The notes under the pieces were generated by a model that was given only the letters and a program-made list of their open reading frames with translations, was not told the DNA's origin and ran no database searches. A program made the translations under genes and the position numbers. DNA of 64,000 nucleotides from contig OZ004607.1 of the NCBI GenBank assembly GCA_963924565.1, forward strand, positions 30,132,001 through 30,196,000. The letters are read 5' to 3'. The DNA is from Ascidiella aspersa (taxonomy: Eukaryota). Below, one piece after another: positions 43,501-57,448 of this stretch. How positions within the stretch are numbered: the first letter of the stretch is position 1; every line of letters starts with the position of its first letter.

Positions 43501-46500
43501 GGGAAACCGATTAACAACTGAAAGTGTTTGAAGAAGCACTTATTCTAAACGATACAGTTGTAATACTGATTCAGCTATTGCAAACTAAAATGTCATTCTT
43601 AAAATAAAATTAAAAAACTAACGAAGAAGTGTTGTGAGAATACTTTAAATAGAAGGTTTTCCACGCAACCTTTTGGAAAACCATATGAAAAAAAGGTGTC
43701 CGATGTATGCGATTTACAAGAACAAAGCAATATTACTTAAACCCGAGTAAAGATTTAATGCGTACGACTACTGTTGGTCAGCATTTTGCAAGATCTCGAG
43801 AGCTCCACTTACCTCCGCCTCCTCTTAATGCTCCTCTGATGGTTGACGTAGGAGTTGGAGCGGGTGACCCCCGACTCTTCCTCCTCTGCATCAACTCCAT
43901 CCCGGTTGCCTTGCTCCACCTGGAAAGATCAACGTTTATGGCTTTCGGGTATACTTCGGGTATATACCAAACTATATAGTAATATTAAAATCAATCCCAG
44001 CGGTTTGAAGTAAATTCGTACAATACAGTGGCAGTTATGCATTTACAAAGTTTAGTTTCAATAGCAACAATATGCAATGTAAAACAACATCTGGATGTTG
44101 GAGCATGTTTGACCCATTCTAAACTAAGTTAATTATCCAATAATTGGCCGATTGAAACTGTGTTGTAAACTTTATAACTCAACTTCTCCAACTCATTCGT
44201 ACACTTGAGTCACTGTTTTAAAAAAGACTTGACTTCACTTACTTATTTTGAACAAATGACTTGGGTTGAAATAAAGTGTTGTCATTAAGCATTTTTTTTT
44301 CTAAATCTGAGTTATTTATTTCAGTTTGTGCACATAAAATAATTATTTAATTGAGTTATGACAGGGACTTAATTTGGAATTGACTTGCTGTTTATCCAAA
44401 AAGACTTGCCTCGTACTTAAGTTATTTAACAATTGATTGGACTTGACTTGTTTTTATAAAATATTGACTGGGACTTATGTCATTTTCAGAGGACTTGTTA
44501 CAACACTGTGAGTAGACTACACCATTGGTAAGACTAGCACTTACATTTTTCACGAGCTCCTGTATCACTGCGACACCGACCGCCTCCATAATTATAAAGG
44601 CCATACCAGCACAGTAGAACGACCAGCCGTACTCAACCCCGGACGTTTTTCCCTTGCTCGGCCTGTCGTTGCTCGAAATAAAGATGATAATTCCTAGAAC
44701 GTCGGTTAGGCCTTAAAAAATATATTTTTTGTAAGTTTTATTGCATTTTTACGAAACCGAGTGCCGTTTGAGGTATTAGTCACTAACACTAATAGCCTAA
44801 CTAATTAGTGTATTGAAAGTTAGCATTCTTACGTAGAATTTTCAAAAGTAGGGTATGTATACTCAACTCTTTTTTATAAAGGATTTACGTTCCAGGATTT
44901 TCATAAACTATATATGCGGATTATTATGTTTCGGGGCAAGGTCGGTAAAAAGTTAACCTAAAGGAAAGAAACTTTATTTTTAATCCTTTTATTTGAAAAA
45001 CATGCTACCAAAGGTACAAAAAGGTAAAAAATGCGCAAAAAATCAATCGCTAGCCGTCGAGCCGTCGTGGACGGAGAATGACTTTAGATATTAATTTTGC
45101 TCCCATGCGCACAATGCAATATAAATAAATCGATTACGCAAGGTTAGCAAAGGCTTTTTTCACTACTCATAACAAGCCCAATGCCGGGGGACCGCCTTTT
45201 TATCTAGCCTTGCGAATCACGTTATGACAACCGATTACCCGTTTTCTGTAGAGGCCTTGTTTGCAGCGCCACGCAAACGTAAACAGATTAAAGATTCGAC
45301 GCGAGTTTTTTTTTTTTGTATCCAAACTTATGTAACAAAATCGTATCTGCTTTTTTGTATGTGAAAAAATGTTCAAAAAAATGTTCGTTCATTTTTGCCT
45401 TTAACACAATTGCTTTGAGCAAAACAAGTCGCTTAAAAGTGGTTTCTCTATTAAAACACAAAAAAAGAGTACCGGCCCCTTTGAAGCATAAGAATTTGAG
45501 GTTGTAGTAAGACATAATAAGAATACCAAAGCCCATGCGAAAGGTTTCATTATGAACGTTTTGAATATTTTTTTTCCAGTACAGGCCTCATTTATTACAA
45601 AGAAATATCTGTAAATATTAGATGTAAATAATGCACAATACGTCAAAAAAATCTGCTAGAGCGCTAAGCGTCACAATAAGCTGGCCGTAAAATTAACGCA
45701 TAGCGTGTAACTCGTGTCAATCGCACCGAAATGTTGCAATAAAGCAACTACCCTGACTTAAAAAAAAATGCACTGACCGGATACCACGAGGTTGACGCCA
45801 GCAGCCAGCTTCAGCACGTGGCTCCTGGCGCTCCAGACTTGTGACGAAACGAGAAAGACGCAGCCGAGGAAGGCGAGGAAGACGCTTCCGATCGGGAAGA
45901 CGTTGATGTTGCGCAGGACGGCTGGAAAATGTCGTGTTGGGGCGTTTTGGTCAATGCAGGATAAGCTTAGCTTCTCGAAGTGCGTTTAAGTGGTATCAAG
46001 AAGCTGTTTGGGCTGATAACTGTTTTAGCGAGGCAATAGTGTCCGAGCTAATCTTCGCGGCACACAAGGCTCAAATATTACTTTTTGAAATAAGATTAGA
46101 ATTCTAGGTTTAGGAATTAGTTAGCATACATGGGCTACAATTTTTTTAACTACCTATGGTAGAAGTGACCGGACAAACTTAGCAGCGGATTATAGGATAC
46201 CATGTTGCAATTGAAATTCTTGTTGGTGGATCTAAAATCTGACGTAAAGTTGTTTAACGCCTATCGGCCACAAAGTATTCTTTCCAGTAATTAAATGGAT
46301 TTGAAGTTATCGCGCCATCAACAACAAACTACCTTATTACCCAATTAACTGCACTCATAAGCGATCGTCGGGTCTAACCAAGGTTCAAATCAAGAATAAA
46401 GGTAACCAAGTCGAAAAACATACCGATGACTAGCAGAGACGAAGTGGTTGCCTGGGCATCCCCAGACTGAGACGACGGCTGCAAGGATCTGCAAACTCCC

Positions 46501-47879
46501 ACACAAGATCCTAAAAGAAATTCAGATACTGGCGGTTTAGTTTTAAAATGCCTTTAAGAAAACTATTTTACACTTGGACGTTTTAATACTTATCCTGCGA
46601 CTATCCTGTCCGTTTAAGTTAAGTAATTTTATTTAGCCCAATAGGCGCTTTGCATATTGTGGCATGTTGCAATTTCTGTTAAGTAAACCTAAATAGCGTT
46701 ATTTTACCTTAATTTAAATCTGTTTTATGCGCGTTTCGCTACGTATCCTTTTAAACTGAAACTTTTGCCAATTTAACCTAAATTAACGCAAACTTATAAA
46801 TTGGTGACACCTAGTTTCAGCTGCCTATTTGCGCATGGGTTCGCAAAAGAACAACGATTGTTTTAAAGATAAACTGTAAGATATCATGTCTGACATCCGC
46901 CCTGTCTTAAAGGCAAAAAAATAGAAGAAAGAAACGGATACTGGGCGAAAAATTGGGGTTTCGATGAAAGCTTGCAGAATAACGGATGCGACAGGGCAGC
47001 AAAGGTTAAGAACCACATGATTTGAATAGAGAAAGCGAGTATAAACAGCCCACAATACCCTGATTGCAGCAAATCCTCCACAGTCCAGAGTGCGACTGGC
47101 GCTGCTTTCGAAGGATCTCGAAACCGTCGTCGCCCTCGGCGCGAGTTTTCACCGGCCAGACGGCTTGCTGTGTGAGCCAGTGATCCGTGAAGAGGGAGAC
47201 TATTAGCATGAGGAAGGCCGCCACCGAAATGCCGGACAGCAGGTGATGCTGGAAAGTTTTAGCAAAATAGTGTTTGGCTTTGGAACGTAACGATTCGAAA
47301 CCTAAAGTGATTTTGTCAGAATGCTAAACAGGCAACTGACCACACAAGGCTCAGGTCCATGCACAAAATTCAGCAATTTGTTAAAGAAAAACACAACAGC
47401 CTTCATTCAGTTTTGGATTGAAATCAACTTATTTTGCAAGGAATATTTCGTAACTTTCTAGTGGCCTAATTCGCTTTGGGACAAAAGAGGGTAACATTTT
47501 AGATATTTTTTATGCAAAGTTTAAGTGTGAAAATAACCGGTACAAAACAACAAACAAATTTATGCCCTACTCTTCGAATGTTATCCCATTTCGCGTATAG
47601 TCATTAAAAAATGGTTAAAAAATGTCTGGCGAAAAAATGTTACCTTGTGCCTTTTTTGTCCCCATAATTTGAAGTTTTTTTGCTCAACAGGAAATTACTA
47701 AAGGCAGCATTTACCTGATTAGTTTAACCTAACACTCAGCCAAACTCCCCAGTTAACTATGTCTATCGGCTATTCGTTTGTAAAGCACATAGACTACAAA
47801 ACAACACAATATAGTAAAATCAACAGACATAAGTCTTCACCCGAGCGCATTGCATCTTCTTCCACGCTTCGCATTCCAT
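40598..47879 (-). CDS. TARP / voltage-dependent calcium channel gamma subunit (CACNG, stargazin)-like claudin-superfamily protein, 9 exons, ~726 aa
   Basis: Exons 47879-47841 (least certain), 47248-47059, 46510-46424, 45921-45778, 44711-44545, 43919-43813, 43264-43115, 42354-41801, 41340-40598; phase-consistent (2181 nt). Motifs TDHWL, HSGLWRICC, VFPIGS, AGVNLVVSGLTDVLGIIIFISSN and YGWSFY match TARP TM1-TM4 signatures. C-terminus -VTAL is a class I PDZ-type ligand. Confidence 0.88.
42388..42871. mobile_element. hAT-type MITE in TARP intron 7
   Basis: TIR caggggtcggcaacc / ggttgccgaccactg; perfect 8-bp TSD ccgtaaac; cggaccgg subterminal repeats. A related element lies at ~32420-32758. Confidence 0.9.
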
Positions 47880-49364
47880 GATGGGCGCTGCGACTTGCAT
47901 GATTTCGCCGCGAATCCGCATTTATCGGGAATATCTCTAACCTTTTCGTTCGTAGCGCTGAGCAAGTTGTCACCATTTCCAGCAAAGAGCGATCAAACAG
48001 CGTCTACAGCAGCAACGTCTTTACAAATTCGACTGGATTTATTTCGACACACATACAGAAGCCTCTGAAAGCCAATGGGTTCCCCTGGGGTGGACAGTAG
48101 CGGTGCGAATCGATGCTCCGGCAGAATTGTCGTAAATTTAATGAGTTCTAGGCCAGAAGTAATGAAAGGAGCCAAGCGAAACGAGGGGCGATCCTTACTC
48201 CCCTCAAGGCCGTGTTATTAAAACACAAGCCGAAGAGGCAACGGGGTGAGACCTGCCGGCAACTTAATTATTACCTGGCCAGTGATTTGAATTTCTTACC
48301 GGGGCCAAATCAACGTTGACTACGGTCTGAGTAACCGGTGTGGACCAAACAAATCAAGAGATACAGACCGGTCACACATTAAAGGTCCGTTAGTGAGTCT
48401 CTCTGTTGTAACTCAAAACTAAATGAATGTTTAAGTTACATGGGAGAAGATTGTTTAAATCTCCGGACCTAAATACATTGCAAAAAGACACACAAAAAAA
48501 ACGCTTCGCACACAAAAAATAAATGGTCTTTGAAGCAAATTGTATAGCCAAACAAAATCATTTTACAGATGAAAAAAGAGAAATATTTGCCTGGCTAGAA
48601 AATAAATTACCTTTTTAGTAGTTCGCCACAGGCAGTGCAACGAACATAACACCAGTAAACGGCAAAAAAACTAATGAACACATTCGTTTTTTTTTCTACT
48701 GCGTTAAACACCAATGCGCCCTTCTTTCTGATAAGCAGCAGAACCTACAACTTTTAATCAAATGTGTCTTCATAGCTTATTCAACTTTGAGTAAAAAAAA
48801 ATCTTGGAAAAATAGCGTTCCTCACAATAATAAAGTAACCGACGGGGTAAATGAGCTATCAATCAAAATACCCACATCACCTGACAGGACAGAAAAAGTG
48901 TGCAAGCCATAGGTATTGGTGGCCTACTTTCCTACTTAAGATTAACTGCTAATTCGAAGTTAGCCTATAGTAGCCTATTAATTCTTTATCATCTAGTGCC
49001 GGTAACATTATTTTTCGCGTCGATATCTATTTTAGTTAATTGGCAACATCCTTATTTCTTAGTAACTTCATTGTTACATCATAACTGATATAATTTGCTA
49101 CTCGTTTTTTTTTTTAAATAGAACCATTTTTTATATTGGGGGTAAATCTGATATTCATATTTGTTAAAAGGGTAAAATATACAAAAAAAGGTTAAGAACC
49201 CCTGCTATAGAGCAAGCTAACGATCGACAATTCAGATATGACCGGCAGCAAATTGAGGTTAGGATAAATTGCAACACAAGTATTGGCCAAGATTGAGCGG
49301 TAAGGGTGCCTTGGTTAGCGTAAGCGGGTTGGGAATTGAGTTTTCTGTGAATCTAGGGTAATAT

Positions 49365-49540
49365 CGTAATAAAAATATCAAAGCCCACACAGAAGTAGGT
49401 ATCATCTTGAACGTTTCGAATAACTCTTTATGTTGAAAATGAATAAGGAGTTATTCGAAACGTTCAAGATGATACCTACTTCTGTATGGGCTTTGATATT
49501 TTTATTACGTTTTACTACAACCTCCAACCACTATGCTCCA
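49365..49540 (+). mobile_element. Palindromic non-coding insertion, copy 2
   Basis: 67-bp inverted arms 49365-49431 / 49443-49509 (2 mismatches), 11-nt loop, same tail ttactacaacctccaaccactatgctcca. Direct repeat tagggtaatatcgt at 49354-49367 and 49541-49554. Confidence 0.8.
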
Positions 49541-49794
49541 TAGGGTAATATCGTTTCGCGGGGAAGTAATGTCGCCGGGGGTAAACGTGACGCACAGAAG
49601 CAACATCTGGCTTTTGAGGATATTTGTATTAGGTAAACAATGAAGCCCATCAATTTGCGATGACGCTGTTTTATTGAATCTCTACGCGACGACAAAAAAT
49701 AGAGTTACTCTTGTCTATAAAAAAGTATGCTTCACATCAAAACGAAACGAGCGCTGGAAAAAGGAAGACGAAACGCAAAGGAAAAATACGCGAT

Positions 49795-52700
49795 TTAACT
49801 CGCAGAGATGGAGGGCAGAGATACTCCTGACTGCTGCTGCGGCTGCTGTTGTGTTATAAAGGTGGTCGACTCCGGTTCTTTCGTGCTCTCTTCCGAAGGT
49901 CCTTCGATGGCCGTCTGGTCGCTAAACGTATAGTTTTTCTTAGAAATCTGAACCTGTGGCTTAAGTCATATAGGTTAGTGCAAAATGCCTCTGGAGATAT
50001 TGTATATTGGGCTATCGCTCAAAAAAGCTTTAAATGAAAAACTTCACCTATTACGTTATAAATCTTGTGGAAAGCTAAACGATAGACACAGAAATTTTGG
50101 TTTTGGGATTATAAAGGGGTGTCATAAGTACTTCAGGTGTAACATTGCAGAATTTTTTTTTCAGCTTTCATGCGGCCCGCTGTCAAAAATAAATGCCCGA
50201 TCCTGATATAGAGAGACCGTTAAAAAATGTTAAGAAACCATTTCCTTCCTTAAAAAAAAACAAAAAAAAAAACATAACGATAATTTTCCCGCACCAAACT
50301 ACTTTTACGACTTTAAACGCCCAACCCACCTCGCTTGCTTGGCCTCCACGCTCAAGTGAGACTGGGGCGCCGACCTCGGGTTCTCGCGCGCCACCCTGTG
50401 GGCGCCCTTGACGCCGTTCATCTTGGCGAAGAGGAGCCGGAGCACCTTCTCCTTCTGCTCCCAGGTAAGATCGCGCACGTCCACCTTGGTGCCCAGGTTC
50501 TTCCTGTGAAAAAAACGAGCTTAGTGCAGTGCTATTCAACCTATGGTATGGTACGCGCTTGTGCGGACGAAAAATATTTTAATGCGAATGACAAACGTTG
50601 TGCGGATAAATGTGAAGATGAAAATGGTGCACATTATTATATTTCATAATGTTTAATACAGTAATTAAATAAGCTGGTGCGCCCACTTATGCTTTACAGG
50701 TACAGTAATAATATAGTCTCTCAGCGGTTCATTGCAGCTTGGGTTATACATTTTATATCGTTCAAGGCTTAGGCTCACGGTTTTAATACACAAACCCTTT
50801 CATTGTTATTTCACAAACAGGGAAAATGAAATGTTGCAAACTTAATGTGCTTGTTTCGTGCACGATTTGGATGAATTTTCTGTATGCCCAGACCTAGAAT
50901 TTTAATTCGAAATATGCAAGCTGCAATTGGGACTAATGTTTGTGGCGTCCTTTACATCGGCCACACAAGCTAATAAGTGCAATATATGGAGGGCCGATTG
51001 AAGCAGCGCGAATTTTTTTTATTTATTTGAGTCACCATGACTCCATTTCAATGTGACAAAACAACCTATTAAAATATAAAGAAATTATTTTTTTGAATTG
51101 TAAGGTGGAGCTAACAAACTAAGAGGCCTGAAATGAGCAACGTTAAATAGTTCAACTAAGTCTTTAGACGTGAAAGCTGATTTTGTTTACCCCAAAACGT
51201 GCAAATTACCTCTTTAAAGCAACTTCTTGTGACAATGACAATACCAGTATACTTATTTCTCAAAACCAACGACAATCGGTATAATTTAAAAAGTAAGCAA
51301 AAAAACAATTTAACAGGATAAGAAAATGCCCGCTCACCAGTTCTCCGCCTCGCTGAGGTCGGCGAACACACTGTTGGTGCTCTTCTCGGCACGCTGGAAC
51401 GTTCTGATCTTGGGAAACTCGGCCTGTCCGGCGTGGGCAGCCATCATCTTGCGGTTGTAGGCGTCCTGTGCCGCCTGAACGTACTGTGCCCTGCGAATAG
51501 CGTATCTTGTAATAGGGATAAACCGACCGAAAGACGCTGTAGGGATTTTGTGAGGCGGAAAAAAGATATTATACAAAATTGACCAGGAGATGATTTCTAC
51601 TGTGTGCCTTGCCGAATGCCTATCTTGTTAGAGTGCAGATCGACCGACAAATTTAATTCTAATGGTTTGCGTTTGTTTGCTGCAAGGTAACAGAATAGTA
51701 TTCTTTTTCGAAAACAGCTCTTTGGCAGATGTAAAACAAAATGGTAGAGGTAGAAACCTATTACTAGCATAAAAATGAGATAAATAATACTTAATCTAAC
51801 TTCATGACAAAATTAACACAAAACGGGTTGACTTGACGAAACAACAAAACACGCCAATTAAAGCACCCAAATCATTTATCAAAAAAATGCCTTTGACTAA
51901 TACAAACTTAAATCTAATTTAAACTAAACTGAATGGTTTGCCGAAAACAACTCATTAATAAGTATGATGTACATAGGTCGTTGCCAGTGTCGGTGTTTCC
52001 CCTACCTGTTTAGTGCGATCTCTGTGCGGACTTTTTCGAGTGCGTCGAGGAAAAATATCTCGAGTGTGGTTCTTTGCTCAACGATGTTCTTGGCGATCCT
52101 CTTTACCTGAACAATGACACATTATTAAGAGTTATATACAATCACACAGAAAGATCTATACACGCAAAGCATAGCCGTCAAACAAAACACAACGCAAAAA
52201 TGGTTTCACCAGACTTGACCTCAATAACCGCTTTGCTTTGAATTTACTTTCTAACAAAGACTTCGTTACGCAGATTTTGGTATACAACGGTTCGTAGCAA
52301 GCATCTATTTTACATAGTAACTTTTATGATATGATTTGTAATTGTTAACGTTTAGTTTTAGATTTACGCTGTACAAAATAGGTTTAAAAATCAGAATTTC
52401 CGGTTAAGGTTGACCCAAACTACCTTTCTTATATAAAAAAAATTGCTTTTTAAACTAGGAATTTACAAATAACGACTAGAAAAGAAGAGTTGAGTCAATA
52501 TTTTAAAAAAATACATGGCAATAAAGGATTTTTTTCCAGAACAGTGTTTGTTCGACTTACCTTGTTGGTTTCCTTATCCTTGAGCTGAAGTATGCGCTGG
52601 AGCCTCTTAATCTCGCCCTCACTCGCGGCCGTCTCAATGCGAGCCTTGTGTTCCACGATTTGCTTCTCTTCGCGAAATTCGCGCACCTGATCACAATACG

Positions 52701-55700
52701 CAACCAACAACAAAGCTGCGTTAGTGTCCACAATGCCACCGTATGACTTAAAACGTGGAAATTCCGCTGGATGATAAATCAGGTCAAAAGGCCCGTTATG
52801 CAAGTTTATCAATATTTTGGGGGGATTCGCTTTTAGACTTTGATTAGGACCAGAGTTGAACTGCGCACCGGCAGAAGTTTAACATGGTAGTGTAATTTTT
52901 GTTAGTGAATAGTAAGAGGCGAAATATTTACTCGTTAAATTTACTGCGCCATGAAAAAATGGCTACGGTACTCTCACCATGCTGCTGAGCGCCTTCTCCA
53001 GTTCCTCGACCTTTTCACGGAGCTCGCGGATGTCCTGTTTGTGGCGCTTCGACTCGGTCACCTTCTGCCGCAAGGTGATGTCGGCGAGCTCCTTCTGCGC
53101 GCGCAGGTCTTCCACCTCAACGGTGAGCTTGTTGCAGCTCGCCTGAAGCGTCTGACTCTCCTGTGGCACACAATTCAATAATTAGGTTTAAAGTGTTGTT
53201 TTTTCAGGTTTTTTAAAAGAACGTTAAGGACTCTTCCGTCCCCTTTTTAAAAGAAAGTGAAAATCGCCTAATTTAAAAAAGGTTTTCGTCTTGAAAGACA
53301 CTTACTGGCTTCGTTTTACTGAACGCTTATGAAATTTACATGTCGTTAAAGTAGGCCTTTGTTTGACAAATCAAACGCATAAAATGGCCAAAAAGATCTT
53401 GTATAGAACAACCCAATTATTTGCTTTTAAGTATGAATAACAACGTTTTACCTTAATACAAAGATGAGTTCAAAGTTTGGAACCGTGATCTTTCTTAAAA
53501 CGGTGCCATATGGCTTGGTGTCGATACCCTAAAAACTTTAGACTCTATTCGGCAATCGAATACCACAATTCACTCTAAGAATCTATTGCCAAAGCCTTTT
53601 ATCTATATCAAAAGTGCTACCTTCACGTGGTAGCTCAGCGCTTCGTTGAGCCTGATATTCTCCTTGTAGACGGACCTGGTTGTCTCGTCCAGGTTGGCGA
53701 TGGCCTCGGTGTGTGCTCTCTCCGCCAACTCGGCGATCTTTTGGCTCGCTTCGCGTTCAAGTCGCAACTTCTCCTCGAAAAACTGAAACCAAGCAATCAG
53801 ATTTCAATAAAAAGCAATGTAAACCAACACTACAAGGTTAGTGAGGTTCTCAAGCCTGTACGAATCCCTCACTTGCGTCATCCCTCACTTGCGGACGTTC
53901 GTAATATAGGGCCGTAAATCTCTTTTTCAACTGATTTGGCTGCGTATCAAATATCATACTACTATAGAAAGAAAAGAACGTAGGGCGGTCAGTAAAACCT
54001 AGCTAACCGTCAGTGTTCGAAGGCCTGAACGTGAAGATCGTAACAAGCGAAGACAATCGTGATATTGATATGCTGGTTGCAATTTTAAAATACGGGCGAA
54101 TTTATCGATTGTGTCTGTTCAGATGGGAAAATGGCGTTTTCAGAGAAACAATATCAGAAGGAATAAAGGAATCGGTATCTTTAAAAGTAAAACACGTATC
54201 CATGGAATAATCATGATAAGTTTTTACAGCCAAGCAATTCATAAAAAGCGCCCATGTTCCTACGGTCACACCGTTTCATAAAAAACCTAATCCGGCGCTT
54301 TTTCGATACCTTGTGCTCCATTTTCTGCAGCGTGTCCTTGTGCTCGTGGTTAGCGGCGTGCAAGCTCTCACGAATCTCATCGAGCTCGGCCTGCATCTGG
54401 GCTCGCTTGCGACGAAACTCTTTGACCAGCTTGAGCTCGGTCTGCATCAGCCGCACTTCGCCTGTTCGGTGCTCCAAACGGCCTTCTAGGTCCGACACCT
54501 GGTTGCTAAATTCCGCTATCTGTCGATTTAAAGGCAAATTTTTCCTATTTGATGTCTATATTTATCACGAATAATAGCAGCCGGGCGTGATCGGTGTACT
54601 ACCGAGTGGAAAACATAGTTTGTTGGACACATTTCTTGAAATGTTAACTTATTAGTTTTAAATGAATATGTTAGTCTATTTTGTATCATATTCCTGGGTA
54701 AAAACATAAACAACAGCCATAAGTTTGTGGTTGCCGTTGCACAATTTTCTCATTTTATTTATTTTTTTACTTTTTACACATAATGTAATAGATGCTCTTG
54801 TAATATCCATTTTAAGGTTAATTTTTGAGGTTTGCTTAACAGATATACATGTTAACATTTCGTGTAAATACTTTTTGTGCGAATAAAGCAATCCATTTCA
54901 AGGGTTGAAATATTTTATTACAGTTCTTTTTCCTGGAACTCAACAAAGTAAGTTAACTCATCCATTTGTAATTGATTTTTAAAAAAGTAGCATTGCTGTA
55001 ATAAAAAAAATCCAACATACAATGCCTTCTTTATCTTTTCGTGATTGCTTCTTTAGATCCAATATATCTTGCTGCAACTGTGAAATCTAAGCGCACAAGT
55101 ATCAGTCAATTAACGCTTTCCAACAAATGTTATTCATTCGGAATTGTTTCACAGATGGTTTTACATGTCAATCAAAATAGACTTAGTGAATCGTTTAAAA
55201 ATGACACAATTTATACCAAAACAATTTATACAGTAAAAAAATGTTTTATATAAAGATTGTAAATATTTTACTTAAAAAGGCAAAAGGTAATGAGAAATTA
55301 TTTTGTTCAGGTTTAAAATCAAACCAATAAAGGGGTAGGTTAGAGAAATCTACATTAAATTGCTGCTGTTATAATATAAAAGCTGATAAAAGTATAAGAA
55401 TAATCATAATGACTACCTGCTCATCTTTGTCCATGTCACCCTTTTTGAGAAATGTCACTACTTCAATTGTGTCTTTCTCTGTCTGATACAAGTTGTCATG
55501 CAGTTTTTCATTCTCAGATGCCATTCGTTTGCATGATTCCCTGTCATTAAATAAAGAACAATGCACATTTGAATAAAATATTTAAACCGAACAAAAATGG
55601 GTTCAAAACAAATTAGGAAATTTTAAAGTATTAAAAAGAGGAACAATATTGATCCTATGTAAATAATTTTTGAAAAAAAAATGTCGTTAAAAAAGCTCTT

Positions 55701-55964
55701 ACCTGTAGTCAGCTCTTGATTTTTCAGTAACTTCAAGTCTGCTGCTCCAGAGTTTAGCGTTAGCCAAAGCCATTGACAGTTCCACATCTCTGTCTAACTT
55801 TGAAGACTTTCCTGCCTTTTTACCCTTTTTCCTTTAAAAATAGAATGACAGATTTAAGTGCTACTGGCAATAATTGTAACATTATATAACTTAGTTTACC
55901 CTTTGCCTCCTTTTCCACCTTTTCCTCCCTTTTTACCCTTCTTTCCTTTGCCTTTTTTAGGCAT
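49795..55964 (-). CDS. BBOF1: Basal body orientation factor 1 (CCDC176), 12 coding exons, ~539 aa
   Basis: Exons 55964-55900, 55831-55703, 55540-55417, 55086-55021, 54519-54310, 53782-53621, 53160-52978, 52686-52561, 52106-52006, 51490-51338, 50503-50330, 49921-49795 (1620 nt). K/G-rich N-terminus MPKKGKGKK, ANAKLWSSRLEVTE, FFEEKLRLEREA, STNSVFADL, VDVRDLTWEQKEKVLRLLFAKMNG, TFITQ. Confidence 0.92.
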
Positions 55965-57448
55965 TTTATTACTTTAGGCTGCTAAAAGTTATTTTAAAGT
56001 AATATGGTCTTACCCTGCAACACAAAATGTAAGTTACATTTTTATAGCTAGAAAAGGTTCAAAGAAATGACTACAAAAAAAAGCAAACCATATTAATAAC
56101 TTTCAACTTTTTAAACATATATCTTTTGAGCAGGAACATATATCTTTTATGCAGACAATCCCACAACAACTGTCAAAGTTTGGGATTAGGTGCATTCTAA
56201 TCCTCAGTTGTGTTCACACATTTAGCAAAATCGCTTTGCCTGTACAACCCTAAATTTGGCGCTGCACACCCAATATCTTAGCATAAGGTGTCAAAAATGC
56301 AGACTGGACTTTATTATAGTCAGTATAGCAAATTGAAGTTATGCATTAAAGCAAAATTAAACAAAATAAAAGCATTCGGGCAAATGAGGGCGCTCGGTTA
56401 GAATCCTGCCAATTTTTGTATGGGGGTTTATATTGAACATTATTTGGGCTAAGGTGCAAGTTAGCCTTAGGGTTTGGATGGGTCATCAAACGTTATTATT
56501 ATATTTATTTTCCCATATTATTTCTTGCTAAAAATTTCAATTTTGACAATTGGTTTCATTACTGTGAAAAAAATGGTAGGATGCTAGACCAGCCCCCAAT
56601 GACTTTTATTTTTTAACTATATACACCAGTCTGGAAAGTATGGCAGATCTTAACGAGATTGAGCGGGTGCAAGGCCGAAAAAACCTTGGTGACCTTAGTA
56701 CACCTCCGGTGCACTTTATGATTTTCCAAAGCACTGTATTGCATACATTGCACTATAAACGTATGCTACACAAGCGTTTTACATATTTGGGGTGCAATTT
56801 ACATTGTTTTCGGGGTGCACTTTTAAAAGGTTGAAAAAAATTCAAGGGTGCACTTGCCATACTTTCAACAGTTGTATGTAAAACAGTTTTTCTACAATAC
56901 GTTATAAGTGTTGATTATCTTTTTGTAAAACATTTCTAAGATTAAATAATAAAAGCTAATTTTTTTCACATATGTCGTGAGTTGTTATGTCAAACTCAGA
57001 CTTAAGTAGTTATTGCCACAGACACAGTATCATATTTTGACATTTTTACGTACAAATAAAAAAAGTGTTAGCCAAAGGCTAATAACTCTCGTACAAAACG
57101 ATGTGGTTACAAAATTATCATTCTGTATACTTTTCGTAAGGTGCATTCTTGTTTTGTCGAAGTAATCTGTATCTGTACATAAATAAGACAACAAATTATA
57201 TTAAGAGCAACCTAAGTGAAATGTTTTGCAAGGTAAACAAACAAAAATATTTCCAATGAGCTAACAGTTTACAATAAAACTAAGGTTAGAATTTGGCATT
57301 TATATGAAAATATATTGAATTTCGGAAGCTAAAAAGGTGTCGCTAGTAAATATATAAACATATCAGGCATATTTGTGTGAAATAAAATATATATTTCAGA
57401 AAAGTTTATACGCATGTATCATTGGATTTAATATGGAAAGTCAAAAAT

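Noticed and set aside
46424-46510. Apparent in-frame TAG / readthrough in TARP exon 3
   Set aside because: In the correct phase the exon is open (SCVGVCRSLQPSSQSGDAQATTSSLLVI).
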